Source of the DNA: a virus
Length of the DNA: 31,654 bases
Direction: 5' to 3' (one strand)
UHGV virus genome: UHGV-0150949
The first letter of the stretch is position 1. Each line of letters begins with the position of its first letter. This document shows, piece after piece, positions 7,540-19,356 of the stretch. The notes beneath the pieces are model-generated. The model did not search any database, had not been told where the DNA came from, and worked only from the letters and a program-made list of their open reading frames with translations. Made by a program: the position numbers and the translations under genes.

Positions 7540-9387
7540 TTATTGCTGTTCTGCTGTAATTTGGCTTGAAAGTATAGGGCGTATCGCATTTGCAGCATTA
7601 TTTAGCGCTCTTTCATAGGCTGGCGTTCCTGCTTTGGTGTTTGCCAAACGTAAGAGAGCATTCCTTGCTGCTTTGGACTCATACAAGCGCATCATTGCAC
7701 CGAAACCAGCCTCAAGCCCCATTGATACGCCAAGAGTCGCAGTTGCGCCAATCGTCCTTATCCTGTTGGCTTGCGATTGCCCCGTCTGAGTTACTACATT
7801 TGCGGTGTCTGACCTTGCTGTTTGCTGTAGAACTTCATGAAGAGCATCAAGCTCTTTCATGTGCTTTCCAGAAAAAATAGTGTTGTAAATTTCACCGCCT
7901 GACTGAGATTTCAGCTTATTAACTTCAGTGATGAACTTGGCTGGAGAGTCACCGGATTTTTCCGCTATTTTGCTGACGTAAGCTGCACGCATAGCATCTT
8001 TCCCTTTATCATCCAATGCGCTCCAGATTCGTTTCACGTCAGATGGTTTTCTGCTTAATACAACGGTATTTATAAGTTCAGGACTGGCTTCACTGCTTGC
8101 CTTGTTGAGCTTGTTAGCAATGTTTTTATTAAGCACCTTATTATAAACGTTTGCATAATCGGAATTTGCTTTAAGGTATTTTGCTGCGTCTGATGCACCG
8201 AGGTTTTTAGCAACTGCGTTACGAAGGTCTTTTGACATTGCATTCTCTACCATATTGGTAGCTGCTTTTGCCTGGTTGGGGAAGACCATAGCATCTCCCT
8301 GAACATTAGATCTAAATGCTGTTCTGTGCTGACGCAAGAGATCAAACGTAACATCCAAATCAGTTGCAGGGTTTGCTAATTCTTCACGTAGGTTACGCAA
8401 GGATGTAAGCAGGCTTTGATTGGCAGATGTCCCAAGCCGTTCCTGTCTTGCGATCGCTGTATTCAGAGCATTCATGGTATTTGTGGTATCAACTGAGGCA
8501 TTACCCATTTTATTGGTGACGTCATTGATAACAGCGCCAGCGGCATCCTTCCGCCCCCTTAACGTGGTGGTCAGAGATTTCACCACATCATCAGGGTTGT
8601 ACTCACCAAAACGGTCAAAATAATTACTTACCAGCTTACTACGCGTTGCATATTGCTCAGCTCGCTTTGAGCCTGTCCCGAGCAAAGCCCCCTCGGCATC
8701 CTGAGTAAGGCCACGAGTGAAAGCATTTTTCGGTGGGATGACATCAGATGTCATTGGCGTCACACCCATTGATTCTGAGGTGGCAATTTTTTTCGCTACT
8801 TCTGGCGCGATATCGCCTTTTATAGCCGTTATTCCACGCCCTATTCCCTTTGCTGCTGCGGAAAGAACACCCTGAGCGGCAAGGTTAACTCCGGCATTTA
8901 TGGCTGCATTTTGCGCGAAATCACCTTTCTGGTTTGCGGCTTCTGCCAGTGATCCAATAGCCATGCTTCCTGCCGTTCCAACTCCTGGAACTAAATACCC
9001 GCCAATTGTTTCTCCAGCTTGCGCATAAGGGTCTGTCGGTCGATCGACAGGGCGATAAACATCATCCAAAACCTTGGGGCCACCAAGCCCCTGGCTGATT
9101 GCATTAATCAGACTTGCGCCACCCTGCAATACGTCAAATGGTATGTTTACCAGACCACGACCAGCCTGTTCTGCAATTTGCCCTGCACTTTGAGCACCTG
9201 TGAGCCAATCGCCAGCTTGTTGCATCAATGATGGTTCTTCACGTGCTGGTTCATTATTGGCCTGATTAACTGTTTGTTGCTGAACAGCCTGACCAGCAAA
9301 ATACTCATCAATGGCGGTGCCAATATCTTCCGTGCTCGTACCATCAGGGAAGGTAAATGTCTTACCGTTTGCAGTTACTTTCATCAT
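7540..9387 (-). CDS. DNA ejection/transfer protein, P22 gp16-like
   Basis: 615 aa, in the gp16 position and of gp16-like size (last gene of the ejection-protein triad). Confidence 0.8.
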   Translation of the reverse strand: MMKVTANGKTFTFPDGTSTEDIGTAIDEYFAGQAVQQQTVNQANNEPAREEPSLMQQAGDWLTGAQSAGQIAEQAGRGLVNIPFDVLQGGASLINAISQGLGGPKVLDDVYRPVDRPTDPYAQAGETIGGYLVPGVGTAGSMAIGSLAEAANQKGDFAQNAAINAGVNLAAQGVLSAAAKGIGRGITAIKGDIAPEVAKKIATSESMGVTPMTSDVIPPKNAFTRGLTQDAEGALLGTGSKRAEQYATRSKLVSNYFDRFGEYNPDDVVKSLTTTLRGRKDAAGAVINDVTNKMGNASVDTTNTMNALNTAIARQERLGTSANQSLLTSLRNLREELANPATDLDVTFDLLRQHRTAFRSNVQGDAMVFPNQAKAATNMVENAMSKDLRNAVAKNLGASDAAKYLKANSDYANVYNKVLNKNIANKLNKASSEASPELINTVVLSRKPSDVKRIWSALDDKGKDAMRAAYVSKIAEKSGDSPAKFITEVNKLKSQSGGEIYNTIFSGKHMKELDALHEVLQQTARSDTANVVTQTGQSQANRIRTIGATATLGVSMGLEAGFGAMMRLYESKAARNALLRLANTKAGTPAYERALNNAANAIRPILSSQITAEQQ

Positions 9388-10856
9388 TCCACCGTAAATT
9401 GAATGCCTGATTTTGAGGTATATGATCCGGATTGACTCTGCTGCTGTTGGGTATTTGCCGGTTGTTGGCTATTGCTCTGTTGTTGACTATTTGCAGCACT
9501 TGAAACCACCAAAGCATCATAAACGCGACCAGACTGACCACGTAATGAGTTATATTGGCCCTGCATTTTTCGCATTTTTGTTTCAGTAGCAGCCTTGGAA
9601 TCACCGGGCTGAGGCAGGTACATTTTGGAATACTCCTGCATCTCTGGCAGAGTAATTGCTGCACCTGTTTCTGGGCGCAAAATTGCATACAAGGCGTCTC
9701 TCGCATTTACCATATATTGCTGCTCCGCTGGTGATAGGCTTAAATTTGCAATAGTCCCATCACCAAGAGAGCGATTTATTAATGCAACTCGCTTAGGGTC
9801 AATGCTTTTACTAAGCTGATTCATTGAGTCCATTGAATCTTTTAATCGCAAAGCAAATCCTGCCGCCTTCTTGGAACCCTCATTAGCCTTATCTATGATG
9901 CTTTGCGCTTGTGGCAAGCTAATTGGTTTAATGCCATCACCAGATATAGGTTGGTTTAGTTTTCCGGCTTCCTCGCTGCCATCGGTGTAATACTTAGTTA
10001 CCGAGCCATCAGGATTGGTTTCAACCTTAAGTAATTTCTTAGCATTGGGATTAATTCCCGCCGCTGCCGCAAATGCCGCTGCACCATCGGGATCCGCCTT
10101 TAACATTTGCGCGTACTGATTATAATTCTGCATTGCAGCTGTTGGTGCATATGCTGACGTTAACGCATTTGCTCGGCTAATATCCTGCCCTCTCGCCTGA
10201 AGCGCCTCTCCAGCCTGATTGCTGCGGATTGTCTCTGCCAGCCTTCCTCGGTCAATTTCACGACCAGCCATCTTGTCCTGAACATTGAAGTAATCAATCG
10301 GACCAAGAGCAGCCATTCCAAGGTGATCAACAAACTCTGTGAAACCTTGTGGATTTTGCTGATACATTTTCGCCACATCCAGAGGGTCTACTCCGGCACG
10401 AGTAAGCTCAGATGAGTTGTTCTGCAACCATGACATCATGGCTTCTGGAGATGAAGCTGCCAGTCTGGCACTTGCTGCCAGTGTGCCGACAGTGGAACGC
10501 TGGTCTTCATCGACAAATTTCATGCCGTTTCTTACAGCGTCAAACTGCTCAGGATACTGTGATGCCAGTTTTCGCATTGCATCGCGGTCACCAGATGTAT
10601 ATGCATCAGCATAAGCCTGCTGAAACTCTTGCTGTCGCTTCTGCTGATCCATCTGCTTATACATATCCATGACAGATGAAATGCCCTGCAAAGCCTGCAA
10701 GCCAACGTTATTACGTCCTGAACGCTCCATCTCGTTATTCTGTCGAATGTATGCAAGCGTGGCGTCTGCATCACTTGCTCTTGGAGCGTTGGAGTTCATG
10801 CCGCCTAACCCGGCAAGAAGCGCGCCTGAATTACCAGCCTGTTGCCATGTAGCCAA
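9384..10856 (-). CDS. DNA ejection protein, P22 gp20-like
   Basis: 490 aa, by position and size. Track start appears to be a non-ATG codon preceded by GGAGG. Confidence 0.8.
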   Translation of the reverse strand: MATWQQAGNSGALLAGLGGMNSNAPRASDADATLAYIRQNNEMERSGRNNVGLQALQGISSVMDMYKQMDQQKRQQEFQQAYADAYTSGDRDAMRKLASQYPEQFDAVRNGMKFVDEDQRSTVGTLAASARLAASSPEAMMSWLQNNSSELTRAGVDPLDVAKMYQQNPQGFTEFVDHLGMAALGPIDYFNVQDKMAGREIDRGRLAETIRSNQAGEALQARGQDISRANALTSAYAPTAAMQNYNQYAQMLKADPDGAAAFAAAAGINPNAKKLLKVETNPDGSVTKYYTDGSEEAGKLNQPISGDGIKPISLPQAQSIIDKANEGSKKAAGFALRLKDSMDSMNQLSKSIDPKRVALINRSLGDGTIANLSLSPAEQQYMVNARDALYAILRPETGAAITLPEMQEYSKMYLPQPGDSKAATETKMRKMQGQYNSLRGQSGRVYDALVVSSAANSQQQSNSQQPANTQQQQSQSGSYTSKSGIQFTVE

Positions 10857-10868
10857 GAGACACCTCCA

Positions 10869-11528
10869 TTAAAAAAGTGAACCAAGAAGACCGACGCCAG
10901 CACCAATTGCTGTACCCCAACCAGGCATGATTGCAGTACCTGCAGCTGCACCTGCTGCCGCTCCACCCAAGGCGCTCTGAAATCCTGATGGTTTATTCGC
11001 ATTAGCCGCAGATGCGGCAGCCTGCTGTTGATACAATTGGCTGACGTTGTTGGCATAGTTCTGCCCGGCGTTTGCCTGACCTGTAAGAGCGCCAAGGCCG
11101 ATATTTGCCAGATTGTTGTAGTTGTTCATCTGACCTGACAGCCAGTTTTGACCGAGTGTAGGTGCGATTGCTGCTAACTGGTTTCCTGTTGCTGTAGAGC
11201 CTAATCCACCCGTTGCCTCTGCTGCTGCCAGACTCTGATAGCGCGCCTGCCCTGCAAGGTCTTTATATTGCTGAGAGTTGTAATACTGGTTAAGCGCCTG
11301 ACCTTGCCCCTGTAGAGAGGAAAGATTTTGCAACTGTGATACGTACTGCTGAGCGAGTGGCGTGAACGGCGCAAGGTTCTGCATGTTCGTTTGCCACATT
11401 TCACGCTGCAATTCGATGCCCTTTTCAGTTGCGCGTGCCTGGGCTTTAGAGCCGGAGTCGCTGCCGCCTTTCATATACCCATTCATGGGAAGCAATTTAT
11501 TCTTGAAGCTTTCGCTAAGTACTAACAT
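10869..11528 (-). CDS. ejection protein, P22 gp7-like
   Basis: 219 aa, by position. GAGGAG RBS. Gly/Ala-rich hydrophobic C-terminus. Confidence 0.75.
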   Translation of the reverse strand: MLVLSESFKNKLLPMNGYMKGGSDSGSKAQARATEKGIELQREMWQTNMQNLAPFTPLAQQYVSQLQNLSSLQGQGQALNQYYNSQQYKDLAGQARYQSLAAAEATGGLGSTATGNQLAAIAPTLGQNWLSGQMNNYNNLANIGLGALTGQANAGQNYANNVSQLYQQQAAASAANANKPSGFQSALGGAAAGAAAGTAIMPGWGTAIGAGVGLLGSLF

Positions 11529-11985
11529 TTAATAGCTCCTCATATTTCGAACGAGGTAATTGATAGAGGGTGATTCCAACCGGTTTTCCGTTACTCATGT
11601 ACGCATCATCAAGGTGACCAACACGGGTAGCGCCAAGCAAACGGATAATTGCCCGTCCGTATTTGGTGGTGTCAGGAACCATGGTGATGCTGTTAAGGAA
11701 TGGTGAGTTTTCGAGAAGCCATTTGCAGAATAATCGATGCCCTTGCAGTGCATATTCTCCACGGAATCCGGGGTCATACACCGCATGGCATTCAACAACG
11801 CTATGCCAGAAGTTACGCACTTCATGAACTCCAGCCAGCACTAATCCTTCGTAGATGCCGAGATATACCGCATCAGGCTTGATGTAGTATTTGTCTCCAC
11901 TGTCTACGATATTTCCCGTGTTTGCCGGGTTGTTGAGGAATTCTGCAAGCTTCACCGGATTATCGATGAGCTTTATTTCCATCAC
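11515..11985 (-). CDS. gp14-like virion assembly/ejection-associated protein
   Basis: 156 aa between the needle and the gp7-like gene. Start may be the second Met (11982). Confidence 0.7.
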   Translation of the reverse strand: MMEIKLIDNPVKLAEFLNNPANTGNIVDSGDKYYIKPDAVYLGIYEGLVLAGVHEVRNFWHSVVECHAVYDPGFRGEYALQGHRLFCKWLLENSPFLNSITMVPDTTKYGRAIIRLLGATRVGHLDDAYMSNGKPVGITLYQLPRSKYEELLNVST

Positions 11986-12935
11986 TGCTCCGCAATGATT
12001 TTGATGGTTGTGGCAGTAAACGCCGCACCATTTGACTGAATGGTTAACGTGCTGCCATTTGTGGCAAGAAAGCCGTCTTTATCCACACTGAAGAACGTAG
12101 CTAACAGGATGTTGTCGGTTGTTGTCGCCGCATTACGACTGCTGACCAACGTGTCAGGAACAGAGCCGGAAAAGGTTAGCTGCATTGACCTGTTGGTGGT
12201 TCCGCTGGGCCACGTCCCGACAATCGACAGCTTGAAGAACAAGGTTTTGCTCTCGTTGAACACAACCATCTTGTTGTTAACGGTGTCGAAGAATGGTGAC
12301 AACGTGCCGGATGACGGCGTGAGCGTTTTCAGCAGGCTAACAAGGTTAGTCGGCGCTGTCGGGATGGTTACAGATACTCCTGAGTAAACAACCTCTGATT
12401 TCTTGCGCGTGGTGGCATACTCAAGCGCAGATATTCTTGTTGAGTGATCACCAACTGTGCTCTGTAGCGTCGAAATACTTCCTTCTGCCGCTGTGAGCCT
12501 GGTATCAAGTGCGTCGATATCGGTTGTATTCTGAGTTATGCGCGCATCATGGTTTGCTAACTCAGATTCATTGGCAGCAATTCGCGTCTCGTGATCAGCC
12601 AGCTCTGTTTCAGCAGCCGTAATCCTTGTTTCATGATCTGCAAGAGTGCTTTCCGCTGCTGCGATTCTATGTTCATGATTGATGAGAGTTGCTTCAGCAG
12701 CTTCAATTCTGGATTCATGGTCTGCAAGGGTGACATCCTGCTCATCATTCTTCACCTGTGCATCATAAGCCCCCTTCCCTGCTTCGTTGGCCTTGTTCGC
12801 CACGTTACCAACATCAGTACCCTGTGCGATAACGTACAGCAGATATGACTGCGAGAAGATATTGCGTGGAAGGACTGATGTGTCTAGCCGTGTAGCCTGG
12901 ATGATTACCGGCTCATTGAGATTAGAATCAGCCAT
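11982..12935 (-). CDS. tail needle (P22 gp26-like N-terminus and coiled coil, with C-terminal knob)
   Basis: Internal ATG (residue 35) of track ORF 11982..13037. [43 protein letters not shown] matches the gp26 N-terminus as recalled. Repeated ADHE(S/T)RI heptads. Extra C-terminal roughly 120 aa as in Sf6-type needles. Confidence 0.85.
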   Translation of the reverse strand: MADSNLNEPVIIQATRLDTSVLPRNIFSQSYLLYVIAQGTDVGNVANKANEAGKGAYDAQVKNDEQDVTLADHESRIEAAEATLINHEHRIAAAESTLADHETRITAAETELADHETRIAANESELANHDARITQNTTDIDALDTRLTAAEGSISTLQSTVGDHSTRISALEYATTRKKSEVVYSGVSVTIPTAPTNLVSLLKTLTPSSGTLSPFFDTVNNKMVVFNESKTLFFKLSIVGTWPSGTTNRSMQLTFSGSVPDTLVSSRNAATTTDNILLATFFSVDKDGFLATNGSTLTIQSNGAAFTATTIKIIAEQ

Positions 12936-14353
12936 TACTCGATCCTTATCTGGCAGCCTGACAGAGTGACAGGTGACTTCGTGATAACGCGCAATTTGAA
13001 GCCAACATTTTTCCTGATGCGCCCGACTCGCTTCCACAAAACACGTTTGTCGTAAACGAACGGTTCATTCTGTTCAATCATCTGCTCACGTCCGTAATTT
13101 ATGCCGTCAGTGGTTGCAGAGAGGAACAGGCGGTCGGCGTACTGCGCAACGCCAGTTGACGATTCAACCTCAAGATCGAACACTCTGGCGTTATCCGCTT
13201 TGAACAGAGGAGTAAACAGCAGATGTTCCTGTTGCTTGTCGTACTGGCTGCTGATATCGAATTGCAATTTCCCGGTCACCGATTCCAGCTTATCGCCGCA
13301 CGTTATCTGATTGCCTTCGTAAATGAAGTCGATAGCGCGGTACACATCGTCATACAAGCCTGTTTTCAGTACACACCATTGCGGACCATTGGCGCTTGAA
13401 GATGCGTCGTACACGAGGACGTGGCGCGGAAGGTGGATAATCAGCAGTTCATGCGCATCAAATCGCAGCGATTCCATCACGCCATCAGCAAGTTCATCAG
13501 CAGTGTAGGAGCGTAGTATTTTCTCAATGCTCGCGCTGGCGATTGGTGATACCTGACCGGAGCCGATGATATACACAGACGGAGCACCTGTTGCCGGATT
13601 GCTGATGAACGCATAGGAATCAGCGAATGGCGTTTTGCAATAGGTTCCGGCAATACCTTTCTGCACCATCAGCGATGGCTGTGCGACATACAAAGCGGCA
13701 CCAACGGTGGTTGCACCAGTCAGGGAAAAATACTCAATCGTCGATGAACCAAAACAGACGATGAAGTCTCGCCATGTTCCGATGCCAATGATGCCGTCAG
13801 GCTGAGACTCGGCACGATATTGTGCGCTGTATCGGTCAGGATGCGATTCGTCTTCAAGGTCAGTGATAAACCATGAATCGGTGCCGTCTTTTGACCACGC
13901 ATAACGCCCACGCAAGCGCGTAATGTCGCGAACCGAACCTAACTCATACTGAGTGAATCCGCTGTCTGCAGGCCAGTTTGAGACGGTTTTAACCGTGCCA
14001 TCATAGCGATACTCGACCAGTTGACCATTAACGCCTACAGCCTGAGATGTCCGACCATGTGCCATTGATACGCGACCACTTCCGGCAACATCACCGACTG
14101 CATTTTCTCCTTTGTACAGCTTGCCACCACACACGCGATAAACAGCACTCTGCGCCATGTTGTACTCGACGCCGCGCGATACACCGTTTACATCAGAGCG
14201 TTTGGCAATGCCCGGGAATGAGCGAAGATATCCGCTGCTGCTCAGGATTTCTTTGGGTGTAGCCAACATATTCACTGGCAGATAGTCGATATAGTCGGCG
14301 TTTCGAAAGTCTTTGCCGACACCTTTCATAAGCGGAAGTTGCTGAATCGGCAT
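12935..14353 (-). CDS. tail hub protein, P22 gp10-like
   Basis: 472 aa, by position and size. Confidence 0.85.
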   Translation of the reverse strand: MPIQQLPLMKGVGKDFRNADYIDYLPVNMLATPKEILSSSGYLRSFPGIAKRSDVNGVSRGVEYNMAQSAVYRVCGGKLYKGENAVGDVAGSGRVSMAHGRTSQAVGVNGQLVEYRYDGTVKTVSNWPADSGFTQYELGSVRDITRLRGRYAWSKDGTDSWFITDLEDESHPDRYSAQYRAESQPDGIIGIGTWRDFIVCFGSSTIEYFSLTGATTVGAALYVAQPSLMVQKGIAGTYCKTPFADSYAFISNPATGAPSVYIIGSGQVSPIASASIEKILRSYTADELADGVMESLRFDAHELLIIHLPRHVLVYDASSSANGPQWCVLKTGLYDDVYRAIDFIYEGNQITCGDKLESVTGKLQFDISSQYDKQQEHLLFTPLFKADNARVFDLEVESSTGVAQYADRLFLSATTDGINYGREQMIEQNEPFVYDKRVLWKRVGRIRKNVGFKLRVITKSPVTLSGCQIRIE

Positions 14354-14361
14354 TTATTCAC

Positions 14362-14844
14362 CTATGCGTTTGGGATATCGCCATCAATCATAGGGAGATC
14401 GCCTGGATAATATCGGTCAGATGTAAACACGTCATATTTATTACCCTGTCCTACAGGAAAATCTCCACGTCGTCGCATTGAAGGAACAACCAGAGTGTCG
14501 GTCATCAAGGCATCATATGAGCGTTGGGCGTTACTGAGAACTTGCGGAGTTGGCTCAAGGCTGTAATCAGATAGCATTCTCAGCAATAACTGATAGCCTA
14601 CTGCGTGTTTGTATTTTCTTGGAAGACCTGACTCATCATCTGGTAATGGCTGCTCATCTCCAGTTGCGAAAGCGTAACCAATGTCGCCGGGGTTAATCAT
14701 CCACTCGGACATCATATCTTCCAGATCATTTACACCATCTTCAATTGATTGCGGCTCAACATCAGTCAGCGATGCATTAGAAGCAATAGCAAACTTACGA
14801 AGCGCAAAAAGGACGATCTCACCCTTTGTCAGTACTGTTGCCAT
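14362..14844 (-). CDS. head-tail adaptor, P22 gp4-like
   Basis: 160 aa, by position and size. Confidence 0.85.
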   Translation of the reverse strand: MATVLTKGEIVLFALRKFAIASNASLTDVEPQSIEDGVNDLEDMMSEWMINPGDIGYAFATGDEQPLPDDESGLPRKYKHAVGYQLLLRMLSDYSLEPTPQVLSNAQRSYDALMTDTLVVPSMRRRGDFPVGQGNKYDVFTSDRYYPGDLPMIDGDIPNA

Positions 14845-15004
14845 TGTCTGCCGCCTTACGACCTCGCTTGCTGGTCGATTTCAATTCATCAACTGAGGCA
14901 ACAAAGCCCAACTTTTCGAAAAACTGGAAGTCTTTTTCTGCGATAACGGCCTGTACATGTCCGGATTCGTTATCTGCGGCAAGGAATACACTCATGCGAT
15001 CCAT
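14819..15004 (-). CDS. small hypothetical protein between coat and gp4-like gene
   Basis: 61-aa track ORF with AGGA RBS, beginning just after the coat terminator. Sf6-type modules carry a small gene here. Confidence 0.45.
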   Translation of the reverse strand: MDRMSVFLAADNESGHVQAVIAEKDFQFFEKLGFVASVDELKSTSKRGRKAADNGNSTDKG

Positions 15005-15013
15005 ATTGTTTCC

Positions 15014-15040
15014 TTAAAACATAAAAGGGGCGGAAGCCCC
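15014..15040 (-). terminator. intrinsic terminator after coat gene (GGGGC-TTCC-GCCCC plus T-run)
   Basis: Seen in sequence. P22-like phages have a partial terminator downstream of the coat gene. Confidence 0.6.
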
Positions 15041-15046
15041 TTGTTA

Positions 15047-16318
15047 TTACGGATTACCGAAGAACTGACCGCCCATGTGAGGGTTAAAGCACACATATGC
15101 AGGCAGTAAGTCAAAGCGCATTTTTTGCACGTTGGCATCGCCATCTGCGTATTTATGTACGCGGATGGAGAAACCTTCATATGTTGCAACAGCAGAATCA
15201 ATACTGTGCAGTTTCGGCAGTGGGATAGAGCCAAGTCCACAGAAGAACTTGTTATAGAACAGGTTTGGCTTCATTGTCTGGCTAGCAGTGCCTACTACAG
15301 ATACGGCATCGCCTGCCGCTACCTGACGACTTACAGAGTTGTACTGCGGGTTTGTAGTGTCATAAATCGGAACACCAGAAAGCGTAACCGTCACATCGCC
15401 ACTGCTGTCTGAATTAGCATCAGCAGTAACCGTTGCAGTGAAGCTAATTGGTGTGGCTCCGTTATACAACGCCTGTTTGGTCTGCTGTTGCAGCCAGTAG
15501 GTATTGGTGAATTTAACCTGATCACCAGCTTTCAGAAAACCTGTAACGCTGGCTGTCGCTCCGGTCAATGTTACAGTGAACTGGTATGAGTCTTTAACTG
15601 CGTTATAGGTAACAGTTGGCTGTGTTTTGACTGTCAGTGTTCCGCCAAATGCCCCCTGCGTACGAGAGGCAAGCCCATTAGACATCAGTGCGCGAATGCC
15701 GCCAAAATTGGTTGGAATCTGCGCATTCTCCCATGCAGTACGAACCAATTGATCTGAAGCGTGCAAACCAGTCTGCGCATCAGCAAGTCGCTGTGCAGAC
15801 CATGGATCCATTACAGCATAGTTTTCACCTTCATTAACGCCGAGGTCTTTCAGGAAAGATGCCGTCTGCGCAACATCAGACCATTTGGTGATTGGAGTAT
15901 TGGGGCTACCAAGTGACAACGCACCGTTATTCATCATGAAGTGAGCAAGCTCTGTTTCAAGGTCGGTAACGATTCGCTGGCGAACCGGCGCGAGAATTTC
16001 TTCCAGTTGGTTAAGCTTGATCGCTTCCTCCAGTTGCTGATATTCAACAGCAACAGTGATGTAGTTACCTACACGCCCCGTAGCTTTACCTGAGATCAGG
16101 TTGTTTTTATTTTGCCCTGAAATATCACCAGTGGGAGTACGGAGGGATGAGAATTGATGCGGACGTTTAAAGCTAACGCTATCGCCAGTGCTGGAGTTGA
16201 TTTCACCTGCCAGCAACTGACGGTCTACGGTTTTCGCCAGAACTAAATCTGACATAAAACCAGGAAGGAATTTTTTCAGAACGATTTGACTGACGTTACT
16301 GTCGAGATTGTTATGCAT
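15047..16318 (-). CDS. major capsid (coat) protein, Sf6 gp5-type
   Basis: 423 aa. Essentially the Sf6 coat protein as I recall it (NNLDSNVSQIVLKKFLPGFMSDLVLAKTVDRQLLAGEINSSTGDSVSFKRP...). Confidence 0.93.
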   Translation of the reverse strand: MHNNLDSNVSQIVLKKFLPGFMSDLVLAKTVDRQLLAGEINSSTGDSVSFKRPHQFSSLRTPTGDISGQNKNNLISGKATGRVGNYITVAVEYQQLEEAIKLNQLEEILAPVRQRIVTDLETELAHFMMNNGALSLGSPNTPITKWSDVAQTASFLKDLGVNEGENYAVMDPWSAQRLADAQTGLHASDQLVRTAWENAQIPTNFGGIRALMSNGLASRTQGAFGGTLTVKTQPTVTYNAVKDSYQFTVTLTGATASVTGFLKAGDQVKFTNTYWLQQQTKQALYNGATPISFTATVTADANSDSSGDVTVTLSGVPIYDTTNPQYNSVSRQVAAGDAVSVVGTASQTMKPNLFYNKFFCGLGSIPLPKLHSIDSAVATYEGFSIRVHKYADGDANVQKMRFDLLPAYVCFNPHMGGQFFGNP

Positions 16319-16329
16319 TTATCTTTTCC

Positions 16330-17214
16330 TTATTCGATTTTTGCGCCGGGGCATAATTTGTTGAATTCGTCTTGTTTCGCATCAGCACCGCCACCACGTA
16401 CTTCCGGCTCTGGCTTGATGGCTTTCTTTGGTTTTGGAGCAAGGCTTACCTGTTTGCTAATCTGCCCCAAGAGGAATGCTGCGCGAATTGGATCTGTCTC
16501 AGCGGCTACACGCTGGCGTAATTGCTGGCTCTTACCTAAGCCATAGGCGAGTAGTTCAGAGCCTTCGTCTGCACAGTGAATGATGATTTCCTGCTGAATT
16601 GGTGGTAGCTCACTAAGAACAATGGCCTCCATTTCCTGATAATCTTTCACAGGAAGTTTGGCTGCCCGTTGTTTATGCGCTTCTACCCTTTGCTGGAAAC
16701 GCTGTTGGTATTCCTGTTGCTGACGTAGTTTTTGTTGCTGCTGCTGTTCGACACGGCCTTTTTTCTCATGCCAATCAGTCAATGCCTGTTCAAACGCCTG
16801 TTCGTCATAATCACACGACTCAAGAGTCGGTTTTGGTGGAATAGCGTCTGGTTGTGGTTGCTGATGTTCCGCAGGCTTGGCTAATGCTTCCTCAAGCTGG
16901 CGGCGCAACTCACGGTTTTCTTTCTGTGTTTCTTTGAAGCCTTTGCGAAGATCTTTCACCCATTGCGGTGCAGGTTGCCCGTCAATGTGATCATCATCGT
17001 CAGCGTTAAGCTGAATTTCTTCATCACCAATACGCAAGGCGTAATCTTCTGGTGTCTCTTCGGTTTTTTCAGGCTCAATTGCCACCTCTTTACCGTTGTC
17101 ATCCTGGCTTTCATTCTCAGGCTGTGACTCTGTTTGGATGATGGTTTCTTCTGCATTTTCCTGTGTTTCAGACAGGCCAATAACCTGACCGTCGATGATC
17201 AGTTCGTTTTCCAT
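16330..17214 (-). CDS. scaffolding protein
   Basis: 294 aa, acidic, Q/E-rich coiled-coil character, between portal and coat. Confidence 0.85.
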   Translation of the reverse strand: MENELIIDGQVIGLSETQENAEETIIQTESQPENESQDDNGKEVAIEPEKTEETPEDYALRIGDEEIQLNADDDDHIDGQPAPQWVKDLRKGFKETQKENRELRRQLEEALAKPAEHQQPQPDAIPPKPTLESCDYDEQAFEQALTDWHEKKGRVEQQQQQKLRQQQEYQQRFQQRVEAHKQRAAKLPVKDYQEMEAIVLSELPPIQQEIIIHCADEGSELLAYGLGKSQQLRQRVAAETDPIRAAFLLGQISKQVSLAPKPKKAIKPEPEVRGGGADAKQDEFNKLCPGAKIE

Positions 17215-17227
17215 TGATTACTCCTGG

Positions 17228-19354
17228 TTAACTCGGCATTAAGTCTGCCGGAGACTGTGGTGGTGACTGGAATTGCTGTTGTTGTGACTCGGCGACATCT
17301 TTCAGAAGGCGTATTGCCTCCATCACTGCTTTGTCATCGATGTTTCTGGCTTGAGCCAGTTTATAGACAGTGTTTGCCTGACTCTCCATCGCATCCTGCT
17401 GGGCAGTAAATGCTTTGATTTGAGTTTGAGCAGTTTCGTTAGTTGCTTTTTGCGCTTCTGCCTGCGCTGCTACCATTTGCGCCTGAGCGAGAACCATTTC
17501 AGGATTTGGCTGGCTTTGTGCTGCCATTTGCGCCTGTTGAACAATCTGCTGCTCTTTCTCATTGCGTGGTTTTGCAATGCCAGATATCAGCAGTTGGTTT
17601 CGGTTGTACTCTTTGAAGTCATCAAGGCCTTCGCCATCGATATTGTCCAGAATAATACCCTGAATTGCCGGGCGCATTGGGTCTGTTGGAAGCATAGAGC
17701 TAAGGACATTTGTCAGTACAGAAACCGTTGCATCACGTCGTGCTGTGTAGCTTGGTCCAACATCAACCGTCACATCGTATCGACCGACAGAAAGGTCATT
17801 TAACGCAACAACAGCCCCTGTTTGCCTGTCAACAACCTGTGCGCTCATGACAGCGATATCATCACTTCCATCTTCGTTAACGATGCGCACTTCACGTTCT
17901 GAACCGTACACTTCACGCGCCATTGACAGCCATACTTCACCAGCGCGTTTAAGACTTTTCGCCATATTGTCCAGATAGATAAACGAAGCCATATCTGCTC
18001 TGTTCATCAAGTTGTTAACCGTTTCCTGAGCAATATTACTTGGCATCTGCTGCATGGCCTGACTGCCGCCTGTAACCTCCTGAATATCTGCACTGGTTTG
18101 CTGTAGTAATGCAGCCAATGCCTGATTCATAACCGCAGGCTGTGTATATCCTGCCGGGGTAGCTCCAGCGATAATGTTGCCAGATTTATCTCTCACTTCG
18201 CGCAACGGCAAGAACGCTGGTCGTTTCTTGTTGCGAGCCTCCCAGTGCTTCTCAAGTCCACGAATTTGCTCCATGCCAACTATAGGGATCTGACCGGGGT
18301 CTTGTGCTGCAGTATCAGCCAGCATTGATACCTGAAGGTTATACAAACGCTGTGGATCCATTGCTTTTGCAATATGTCCTTCGACACGCTCAATGTCATC
18401 AATGAACCAGCGTTTTCCATAAACCGGGATGAGGGGGATATGCTCACCAGGAATACGTCGAGGTTTCTCAAGGAAACCATCACCATCCACTACGGATACA
18501 TACACACGACGGCGCTTCACTGAGCGCCTTGCCACTTCATGAAATCCAGCTATTGCCAGTTCATCTTCAATATCTTCAACCTGATCACTGTCGTATGTTG
18601 CAATCTCTCCAGTGATTGGATGTCGATAACTGATGACGTCAACAGACTCTTTACGAACTTCGTAATACTTCGCTATGTAAATAACATCTTCATCAAACCA
18701 GTCATATTCCCAACTGGTCATAGACGTTACATCCAGAGAAGCAGGAGGTTTCTTTCCGTATTCAGCCTCATATTTTTCAGGTGACAACGAATACATGCAG
18801 AACGCCCACAACGCGTCAGATTTGTCGTACTTCTTAGCGTCAGGGTCAAACCACACAGAGCGCGACGGGTCGTATATTGGTTCAATAGCAATACGCTGAC
18901 GATCGTCCATGGGGTCGTATTCATTGACCAGCATCGACGTCAAACGGAAGCAACCGAAACCACCAGTAGCAGCGTCGTCAAATGCATTATCGCAAGCCTC
19001 ACCGCCATCAGTTTCTTCGTAGTCAGCACGGAACAGACCATTTAATTTATTGGCTAACTCTTCGCTTGCCTCTCTGTCACCAGGACGAAACTTAACAGTG
19101 ATTCTGTTATTGCGGTATTCTGCAATGATGCGGTTAAGTTCAGTTGCTACCTTATTGATTTCAAACTTAGGATACTTCTCGAACTGCTCATCAAGCTTAG
19201 TTCCAGCCGCCGTTGCTCCTTCCCATTGACCTCCGGGGACACGAGCAAACCTCGTAGCTTCAATGCACTTTTCGCGCACTTCCTTCTGTGGAGAATAGGC
19301 GCGGTCAAACCTGAGCATGATCCGCTCATGTTTTTTCTCTAATGTCTCTGCCAT
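17228..19354 (-). CDS. portal protein
   Basis: Track ORF 17228..19426. Start placed at residue 25 ATG (MAETLEKKHER...), 2 nt after the TerL stop. About 708 aa, by position. Confidence 0.88.
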   Translation of the reverse strand: MAETLEKKHERIMLRFDRAYSPQKEVREKCIEATRFARVPGGQWEGATAAGTKLDEQFEKYPKFEINKVATELNRIIAEYRNNRITVKFRPGDREASEELANKLNGLFRADYEETDGGEACDNAFDDAATGGFGCFRLTSMLVNEYDPMDDRQRIAIEPIYDPSRSVWFDPDAKKYDKSDALWAFCMYSLSPEKYEAEYGKKPPASLDVTSMTSWEYDWFDEDVIYIAKYYEVRKESVDVISYRHPITGEIATYDSDQVEDIEDELAIAGFHEVARRSVKRRRVYVSVVDGDGFLEKPRRIPGEHIPLIPVYGKRWFIDDIERVEGHIAKAMDPQRLYNLQVSMLADTAAQDPGQIPIVGMEQIRGLEKHWEARNKKRPAFLPLREVRDKSGNIIAGATPAGYTQPAVMNQALAALLQQTSADIQEVTGGSQAMQQMPSNIAQETVNNLMNRADMASFIYLDNMAKSLKRAGEVWLSMAREVYGSEREVRIVNEDGSDDIAVMSAQVVDRQTGAVVALNDLSVGRYDVTVDVGPSYTARRDATVSVLTNVLSSMLPTDPMRPAIQGIILDNIDGEGLDDFKEYNRNQLLISGIAKPRNEKEQQIVQQAQMAAQSQPNPEMVLAQAQMVAAQAEAQKATNETAQTQIKAFTAQQDAMESQANTVYKLAQARNIDDKAVMEAIRLLKDVAESQQQQFQSPPQSPADLMPS

Positions 19355-19356
19355 GT

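Noticed and set aside
17351-17803. 150-aa + strand ORF inside the portal gene (and similar antisense ORFs inside coat, terminase and ejection genes)
   Set aside because: Antisense shadow ORFs within strongly supported structural genes.
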